From a virus (taxonomy: Duplodnaviria; Caudoviricetes): 32,214 nucleotides of DNA. The notes under the pieces were generated by a model. That model made no database searches, was not told the origin of the DNA, and worked only from the letters and a program-made list of their open reading frames with translations. Location: positions 1 through 32,214 of the IMG/VR virus record IMGVR_UViG_3300032327_000225; one strand, given 5' to 3'. Made by a program: the position numbers and the translations under genes. This document shows, in pieces, positions 17,125-23,351 of the stretch (positions within the stretch are counted from its first letter, which is position 1; each line of letters opens with the position of its first letter).

Positions 17125-17397
17125 ATGTCATTCGAAACTCCAAAACTACCAGAAGTAAAATTCAACCAATCAAAAAATGGTTACGAAATTAGAAGCGATA
17201 TCTTAGCTATGGCTAAAGATGCTGTTATCGAAGAATACAAATACAAATATGCCGGTTGGGAATTAACAGCTAAAAAGGATGAAAAGACCGGAGAATTAGT
17301 TGGCTCTGTTACTATGCCAGAATTTCCAGGTCTTGATAAAATTTTAGAGGCCGCAGAAAAAATGTATGGTTTTGTAAATTCAGGCGCAAAAAAATAA
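17125..17397 (+). CDS. Hypothetical phage protein
   Basis: KNGYEIRSDILAMAKD...P..DKILEAAEKMYGFV; SD GAGG. Confidence 0.8.
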   Translation: MSFETPKLPEVKFNQSKNGYEIRSDILAMAKDAVIEEYKYKYAGWELTAKKDEKTGELVGSVTMPEFPGLDKILEAAEKMYGFVNSGAKK

Positions 17398-17442
17398 AGG
17401 AAGGCGCATAGCGCACACAAGTAGGTTATACTATAAAACACT

Positions 17443-17466
17443 GAAAGGACTCTTAAGAGTCCTTTC
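17443..17466. terminator. Bidirectional terminator between convergent units
   Basis: Perfect 24-bp palindrome GAAAGGACTCTTAAGAGTCCTTTC with T-rich runs on both sides. Confidence 0.85.
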
Positions 17467-17470
17467 TTTA

Positions 17471-17576
17471 TAAGTGGTCGTTTTAAGAATGGCTTCCAAG
17501 GGCACGACTCCTTACCATACTAGCCCAGCACCCGGGCACACACAAACCGTTACGAATAACGGGTCCTAAGGTGTGT
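17471..17576 (-). ncRNA. Candidate structured RNA with three stem-loops and a pseudoknot
   Basis: Helices ACACAC/GUGUGU enclosing CUUAGGAC plus CCGUUA-UUCG-UAACGG; GCCCGG-GUG-CUGGGC; and AUGGU-AAGG-[AGUCGUGC]-CCUU-GGAA-GCCAU. The 3' ACGAC is complementary to loop GUCGU. Confidence 0.6.
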
Positions 17577-18159
17577 TTGTTTGTCTCCGTCTCTTAGATT
17601 CTTTAGAAGAGACAGAAACGTATTCCCAATTATTTATATTATCAGAACGAGGCATTCCGTCATATACTGATTTTAAAATTCTTTTATTAGTTCCGTTTAA
17701 GTCTGTAACATTCACAGTTCCTACAGAAGTTTTGCCGCCGTTGTTGCCTTTAGTTTTTAATCCGTGAGCTTTTCTACGTTCAGGAGTCCAATAAGTTTTA
17801 TTAAACTCGCTATGTCTTTTTCGATCAGCTGCGTCCCATTTAGGAACAGGAGGTTGCTTACCTCCAATTGTTTTATTAGTTAATATACCGTTAACCTCTA
17901 TTCCCAGTCTGCCATATTTTAAAATATAATAGTCTTCTCGATTAAAAGCCAGTAGTTCGCTTTCAATGTTACTTTCTAGCTCTACAATAGTAGGCGGAGT
18001 TCCGGAATCGATTAAATGTTTAATCATTTGCCATTTTTCTTTGTTTTCTTTTTTTGAAGAATTTTCATTAAGATGGTCAAACTTTCTTGAACCGGATCCT
18101 TTACCTACATAAAAAGGGAGACCGGTGTTAGGATTAATATAAGCATAAATGTAATACAT
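17566..18159 (-). CDS. GIY-YIG endonuclease (LEM-3/COG3680-like N-terminus); true start probably ATG 18159
   Basis: YYIYAYINP...PFYVGKG.G.R..DH, AFNREDYYI.KYGR and G.LTN; AT-rich. Confidence 0.88.
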   Translation of the reverse strand: MYYIYAYINPNTGLPFYVGKGSGSRKFDHLNENSSKKENKEKWQMIKHLIDSGTPPTIVELESNIESELLAFNREDYYILKYGRLGIEVNGILTNKTIGGKQPPVPKWDAADRKRHSEFNKTYWTPERRKAHGLKTKGNNGGKTSVGTVNVTDLNGTNKRILKSVYDGMPRSDNINNWEYVSVSSKESKRRRQTNTP

Positions 18160-18171
18160 ACATTTATTTAT

Positions 18172-18196
18172 CACCTACCTTATAATAAGGTAGGTG
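18172..18196 (-). promoter_or_regulatory. Perfect 11-bp hairpin abutting the late promoter (18165-18170) of the GIY-YIG gene
   Basis: CACCTACCTTA-TTA-TAAGGTAGGTG followed by A-TAAATA-AATGT-ATG. Confidence 0.7.
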
Positions 18197-18200
18197 TTCT

Positions 18201-18512
18201 TTAAGCAAATTGTTTTCCGTGCAATTTAACATTTAATACAGTCTGAATAATGTTCCAAGCAGACTTATATTCTTTATTGGCAATCAGTTGTTTGACTTGT
18301 GCTTTTTGTTCAGAAGATGCCTTCATAAAGAATTGAGCCACTTCCATAGCACCAATATTGCCTGGATATACAGCTTCCTGATGTATGCTTTCGCCGCCAC
18401 CATCGCCGCCACTATCCCCAGAATAGTCTCCGCCGTATCCATACCAACCATAGTACATGCCGCGTGACTTCTTGCGCTTTTTACGTTCAGTTATAAACTC
18501 ACTTGCTTTCAT
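18201..18512 (-). CDS. Probable internal head protein (CTS-like start, basic plus Gly/Tyr-rich segment)
   Basis: MKASEFITE-RKKRKKSR-GMYYGWYGYGGDYSGDSGGDGGGES then EAVYPGNIGAME; SD AAGGA. Confidence 0.7.
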   Translation of the reverse strand: MKASEFITERKKRKKSRGMYYGWYGYGGDYSGDSGGDGGGESIHQEAVYPGNIGAMEVAQFFMKASSEQKAQVKQLIANKEYKSAWNIIQTVLNVKLHGKQFA

Positions 18513-18543
18513 AGTAGATTCCTTCTAGTCCGCATCCAACCTT

Positions 18544-18624
18544 TCATACTGGGCTATAAGGATTTAATTTATAATCCTCATCACCTTGTTGTTCTGGTGT
18601 AACTGGGTATTGATTATTTGACAT
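18544..18624 (-). CDS. 26-aa Pro/Tyr peptide
   Basis: MSNNQYPVTPEQQGDEDYKLNPYSPV*, tiling the gap between neighbours. Confidence 0.4.
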   Translation of the reverse strand: MSNNQYPVTPEQQGDEDYKLNPYSPV

Positions 18625-18694
18625 AGCAAGAAAACCAAATAACAGCAATAGCCACAGATAATAACAATGCTATTGCTTTTGGATCGTCTTTCAT
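18614..18694 (-). CDS. 26-aa single-pass membrane peptide
   Basis: MKDDPKAIALLLSVAIAVIWFSCYVK*, starting 1 nt after the upstream stop. Confidence 0.45.
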   Translation of the reverse strand: MKDDPKAIALLLSVAIAVIWFSCYVK

Positions 18695-18695
18695 T

Positions 18696-19859
18696 TTATT
18701 GATCTTGTTGTTTAACAATTCTATAGTCCGTATCTGGATACTCTGGATACTTGCGATTTAGTTTGCCCATTAGATCTGTACGATCGTTAGCTGGAATATT
18801 TGCCGTGCGATTTGTGGGAATATGTGTTACTGCGTATGTTCCTGGACCATCATTTGGATCGTCTTCAGCACCTGGCTCTGCATCTGGTTCAGCTTCAACC
18901 TTGCTTGCCACGCTTAGTGGATATTTCTCTTGAATAGCTGCAATTTCTTTTGGAATATCGTATCCACCGCGAACTAGTTCAGTACTGCCTTGTTTAATTT
19001 CTTCACCGTGTGCTTGAATGCCGCGAATAATTTCCGTCATCAGTCCTGGAAATAGTTTAGCAAATTTTGCATCGTTACCTTGACGATCGTGCCGACTGTC
19101 TTGATCACCGTTGACAATTTGATTAGTGGCTGCATGAAACTGCCATTTACCGTCAGCAACATCCTGATTTTGTTTGTCTGTAATACTAACGATCATACCG
19201 TTCGGCGCATAGTTAGTAAACCAACGAAGCCCTGAACTTGAGTTAGTACAAAAGTTTGGCTTGTAACCTTCTGCATTACCAAATGTATAGCAAGCACCGT
19301 AGTTTAATGGAACAATAGCAAAGTAACGATCATTGTCTACTACCACAACATCTTTCTTTTCACGCTTCATCTTTTCGATATGTTCGGCATCTTTAATACG
19401 ATCTAGTTCATTGCGATAGCCACGGTCGTTACGAATACGTTGTAGTTGTTTAATACTCTTAAACTTGTTAAAATCTTGATCAGCTGGGCGTAGTAGGCTA
19501 CGCTTGTTTAATGCATACCAAGCACCTAGTGCATCGCCTCCCTCACCGTTAATATCTTCGTAGTCAGCAGCGCCGTTGATGTATAGTCGTGTAAGCCAGT
19601 CATCAAACCGTCCATCTGCAGACAAGTCACCATAGTTGTTGCTACGTAGTGTGTCATCTAACAACTGACTCCACGCCTTGACAATGTCTTGATCGGACGG
19701 CTTAGGTCCCAATCGGGCAACTAGTGTGCGCGGTAGTGTTGCATCATGACGCCAAGCAAGGCCTATCATCTTAGCCATCTTAGGATCATTGATGATCTTA
19801 GCGGCAATGTTGGCTTCTGCTAGTGCTAATTTAGATTCAAATATTTGTTTAAAGTTCAT
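18696..19859 (-). CDS. Probable internal head/ejected protein
   Basis: MNFKQIFE...LAEA start and a central VPLNYGAC...NFCT...KWQFH domain; ATGA coupling. Confidence 0.7.
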   Translation of the reverse strand: MNFKQIFESKLALAEANIAAKIINDPKMAKMIGLAWRHDATLPRTLVARLGPKPSDQDIVKAWSQLLDDTLRSNNYGDLSADGRFDDWLTRLYINGAADYEDINGEGGDALGAWYALNKRSLLRPADQDFNKFKSIKQLQRIRNDRGYRNELDRIKDAEHIEKMKREKKDVVVVDNDRYFAIVPLNYGACYTFGNAEGYKPNFCTNSSSGLRWFTNYAPNGMIVSITDKQNQDVADGKWQFHAATNQIVNGDQDSRHDRQGNDAKFAKLFPGLMTEIIRGIQAHGEEIKQGSTELVRGGYDIPKEIAAIQEKYPLSVASKVEAEPDAEPGAEDDPNDGPGTYAVTHIPTNRTANIPANDRTDLMGKLNRKYPEYPDTDYRIVKQQDQ

Positions 19860-20737
19860 CCTGTGATCAATGCCCGTTTAAAAAATGATAATACAGCGCC
19901 TAGTTTCTTTTGGTCGCCACTCGAAATGTCTTTGAGTAGTAGTTGCATGCCTTCGGGACGCTGTGCAGAATATCCATGGTAACTGCGATTAATTTCACCA
20001 GTTTCGTTTGGATAGTAGTGATGTGCAGCCATGTGTATTGCTTGACTAATAGCGGCATTTAAGAACTCAGGTCTTTGTTTTTCGCCAGCATCAAGACTCA
20101 TTATAGCTTGATCTAATTTTTTTAACTGTGCAATCTTGCGTTCAGCTTTTTCAAACGCATCGTTTTTAATCTGATTAGCAACATGGCCTTTGATATCAGC
20201 TATGGCTGTGGTCATGGCTTTGTTCCATAACGGGCTGAATTTTTGAACCAATGTGTCCTGATTCAGTACTGTGGCTTTTTCAAGACTTTGTTTAGCCTGT
20301 TGGCGAGTCTTTTTAAGTGTTTTAGTATTGCCAGTATCTTGTCCAGCCCACATTTTTTGTGGGTTGCCGCCTAGTTCGCTTTTTAGGAAATTTAATACAT
20401 TTCCGCCACGACTATCTGAATAATTTTTTACTTCTCCACCTGTACTAGCGGCTGCTACGTAACTACCAGTATTGCCGCCGGTGGCCCTGATAGCACCAAC
20501 ACCGTTGGGATATTTCATAATGACCCAAGCGCCGCGGTATGAATCTTTTAATTCACTCCATGCAATCTTTGCAATAGGTTTGTATGCTTGCTCGTGTCCA
20601 AGATCGCCTTCTCGGTGTAGTTGTTTTACTACTTCGGCACCGCCGGGTAATCCGCGGATAATGTCCATTGACGAACTGGCTTCAAATACTAGGCTTTCGC
20701 ATAGTTGTGCAAATATTTGGTAACTTGTGGCTTTCAT
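19856..20737 (-). CDS. Probable internal head protein
   Basis: MKATSYQIFAQLCESLVFEA; TAAATA (20743-20748) lies 5 nt before the ATG. Confidence 0.7.
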   Translation of the reverse strand: MKATSYQIFAQLCESLVFEASSSMDIIRGLPGGAEVVKQLHREGDLGHEQAYKPIAKIAWSELKDSYRGAWVIMKYPNGVGAIRATGGNTGSYVAAASTGGEVKNYSDSRGGNVLNFLKSELGGNPQKMWAGQDTGNTKTLKKTRQQAKQSLEKATVLNQDTLVQKFSPLWNKAMTTAIADIKGHVANQIKNDAFEKAERKIAQLKKLDQAIMSLDAGEKQRPEFLNAAISQAIHMAAHHYYPNETGEINRSYHGYSAQRPEGMQLLLKDISSGDQKKLGAVLSFFKRALITG

Positions 20738-20750
20738 AAGAGTATTTATC

Positions 20751-21533
20751 TTAACTTAATCTAGGGCGGTCTTGAGTGATCTCACGGCGATTTGCGTGTT
20801 CTACGCTGTCGCCTTCTGGCCACGAGTATATGTAGTTGCCGAATTCATCTTGTACTAATAACCAGCGGATTCCGCCAGCTGAATATTGCTTAATGTCAGC
20901 GGTGTAGCCAGGAATAGTAGTGTCGAAGTCAATGTTGCCATCTCCTAGATCATCACCGTTTTTACGGACCCAGTTAGCTACGGCATTTACTTCGCCCGTA
21001 GAGTTAGGACCTTGACCGCCTAGGTTGGCTACTACATACACATCATCTGTAGGAGTGCGTGTTAGTGTGCGGAATAACTGTTTGCCTAGTGTACGAATAG
21101 CACGGCTCATGTTGCCCGGTAAGTTTGATACCTTATGGAAATCTGGGCTTTGTACACCAGCTGTCTGTAGGTTTGCACTTGCCACTGCTGGCAAGTTAGC
21201 AGTGCGGACTTCTGTATTTAATGCTGTATTAGTATCAGGTTCGGCAAATCCCCAATCGTCATCTTCGGGTTCTGCTTCTATGTTACGTATACGGCTTAAC
21301 ATATCTCCCATGCGTGGATTATGTATACCAGCTGTTGCACGAGCAGTAGCTGATGCTGACGCTTTTTTACGCTCAGGTGCATCAGCTGGTGCTTGCGGTT
21401 TTTGTTCCGGAGTTCTATTGGATAGTGGTTGATCATATTGCGGAGCGTCTAAATCAGGACCTAGATTAACCTTAGACTTGGTTTTAGTCTTAGGTTGTGT
21501 GGCTTCTTTAAAATATTGTTTAAACGATTTCAT
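20751..21533 (-). CDS. Probable internal head protein (true start ATG 21533, MKSFKQYFKEA)
   Basis: N-terminus closely resembles T4 internal-protein capsid-targeting sequences; TAATG coupling to the nuclease gene. Confidence 0.7.
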   Translation of the reverse strand: MKSFKQYFKEATQPKTKTKSKVNLGPDLDAPQYDQPLSNRTPEQKPQAPADAPERKKASASATARATAGIHNPRMGDMLSRIRNIEAEPEDDDWGFAEPDTNTALNTEVRTANLPAVASANLQTAGVQSPDFHKVSNLPGNMSRAIRTLGKQLFRTLTRTPTDDVYVVANLGGQGPNSTGEVNAVANWVRKNGDDLGDGNIDFDTTIPGYTADIKQYSAGGIRWLLVQDEFGNYIYSWPEGDSVEHANRREITQDRPRLS

Positions 21534-21973
21534 TATTGGCACCATGATTGTTTGGCATCACCGTAGTATTCGCGAGCATGTCCATTAGCAATTAATGCTT
21601 GACGTAGGCTCTGTCCATCTAGTATGATGTCACCAAGTACACGACCACCGTACTTGTCCCATCCGTATAGGGTAACTTGACGTTTAGTTGATTTGTTTAT
21701 AAGAGCTTTAGTAAAAACGCTAGCGTCTTCACCTCGAGATTTTTCGCTGTCGCATTGTCCGCGAAATCCTTTCTCTGGCGTGTCAATACCGTAAATTCTT
21801 ACTGCTAACTCTGGCTTGAGGGGTGCAGGTAGAAAGGGTGCGGCGATAACAACTGTATCGCCATCCGTTGCTCTGATAATTTGTGCGTCATAGGTAACAC
21901 CTACTGGCGTCTTTTGTGCCAGTGCAGGCATTGCCGCTACTGCGATTAGTAGGATTAATAATAGTTTTTTCAT
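21533..21973 (-). CDS. Thermonuclease (SNase-like) with signal peptide; start probably ATG 21973
   Basis: MKKLLLILLIAVAAMPALA signal; DGDT, RIYGIDTPE and DKYGGRVLG. Confidence 0.92.
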   Translation of the reverse strand: MKKLLLILLIAVAAMPALAQKTPVGVTYDAQIIRATDGDTVVIAAPFLPAPLKPELAVRIYGIDTPEKGFRGQCDSEKSRGEDASVFTKALINKSTKRQVTLYGWDKYGGRVLGDIILDGQSLRQALIANGHAREYYGDAKQSWCQ

Positions 21974-21977
21974 TTTG

Positions 21978-22619
21978 TTATTTTTCGCCAATGAAGATAT
22001 GACCTACTCTACTTGCTGTCCAAGTATTATTGTTAGTTGATCCATACCTTGTATTTAATGCTGAACGTACTCCTTGATTTACCGCACTAGCATCCCACAC
22101 TGTAAGAACCACTATATTACCGCTAGCCACAGCATTTAAAGCATTAGCCAATGCTGTTACGTCACCAGGAACTCCGTAGGTATCGTAGTTGGCTATGCTG
22201 ACAACATCACCGTAGGAGTTTAACACTACCATGTTATGTCCACGGTCGCCAATATTTAACACTTCAATGTCATTGACAACTACTCTGGCATTTTGATAGT
22301 TTGGAACATCAAACGTTGACGAATAAACATAAATCTTATTACCGCTAACATACTGCGTAGTTGATATTGCTGACGTTGTTCCAAATGCTTCGTAGAATGT
22401 AAATGCACCAACTGTGGCAATCCAAGGACGGCCAGCAACCAGTCCGCCTATGTTGGGATTGTTGACCACTATATTGTCATTGTATTGTGTTGGCAACTGT
22501 GTGATATCGTAGGTTGCTCGCGGATTACCGCTGACGGCACGTTTAGTTGCGGCCAAATCTAGTTTGGCTTTTTGCCTCAGCTCTTTTGTTGCCAGTGTTG
22601 ATATTCCGTTAAGTGCCAT
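21978..22619 (-). CDS. Virion-type protein with C-terminal ILEI/PANDER (GG-lectin)-like domain
   Basis: RGHNMVVLN...YDTY...LANALNAV.SG.IVVL.VWDAS...FIG; TAAATA 7 nt before the ATG. Confidence 0.65.
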   Translation of the reverse strand: MALNGISTLATKELRQKAKLDLAATKRAVSGNPRATYDITQLPTQYNDNIVVNNPNIGGLVAGRPWIATVGAFTFYEAFGTTSAISTTQYVSGNKIYVYSSTFDVPNYQNARVVVNDIEVLNIGDRGHNMVVLNSYGDVVSIANYDTYGVPGDVTALANALNAVASGNIVVLTVWDASAVNQGVRSALNTRYGSTNNNTWTASRVGHIFIGEK

Positions 22620-22629
22620 AGTGTGATAT

Positions 22630-23337
22630 TTATCGTTTAATTGTAGCCAGCTTTAAAAACTCCAAGCCCTTGATATACATCCAACCTATGTCAAATTCGT
22701 ACCATTTACGGCTAAACTTGGGATTGGCAATGTCTGCATGGTGATTATTGTGTAGTTCTTCTCCGCCAATCCATATACCTATTGGCATTAAATTGGTACT
22801 TTTATCGTTAGTGTCGGTGTTGCGATAACCCCACCAATGTCCTGCTCCGTTGATAAATCCAGCAGCCCAGAAAGGAATCCATATCATCTGTACCCCCCAT
22901 ACTAAGAATCCCCAAGGTCCAAATAATGCCAAGTCTATGGCCAACATTACAAGAACACCCCAGCGGTGGTATGGAATGTATAGTTTACGTTCGATCCAGT
23001 CTTTGGGAGTGCCCATGCCATATTTCATAACCATGTGAGCGTCACCGCCTGCTCGGTTGTAATACTTGACGCCGCCAAATACTAGATTCCAAATGCCAAA
23101 TATGTGCGGACTGTGTGGGTCGCCTTCTACATCTGTATTTTGATGATGTTTACGATGTATTGCTACCCATTGCTTGGTAGTCATGCCAGTTGTAAGCCAT
23201 AGCCAAAAACGCATAAAATGACTTATTACTGGATGGAACTCTACGCCGCGATGTGCTTGACTGCGATGTAGGTATAGGGTTACTGACACTATGGTCAAGT
23301 GTGTCATTAAGAGAGTTGCCAATATTAGTTCTATCAT
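22630..23337 (-). CDS. desA: Membrane fatty-acid (delta-9-type) desaturase; true start ATG 23337
   Basis: Three His boxes (HRSQAH, HRKHH, HNNHH), GDPHSP, TM helices and EFDIGW; SD AAGGA. Confidence 0.93.
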   Translation of the reverse strand: MIELILATLLMTHLTIVSVTLYLHRSQAHRGVEFHPVISHFMRFWLWLTTGMTTKQWVAIHRKHHQNTDVEGDPHSPHIFGIWNLVFGGVKYYNRAGGDAHMVMKYGMGTPKDWIERKLYIPYHRWGVLVMLAIDLALFGPWGFLVWGVQMIWIPFWAAGFINGAGHWWGYRNTDTNDKSTNLMPIGIWIGGEELHNNHHADIANPKFSRKWYEFDIGWMYIKGLEFLKLATIKR

Positions 23338-23351
23338 ATTTTCCTTGTTTA

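Noticed and set aside
17471-18196. Group I intron housing the GIY-YIG gene, or a tRNA
   Set aside because: There are no interrupted exons, the flanks are too short for a P3-P7 core, and there is no cloverleaf or T-loop consensus.
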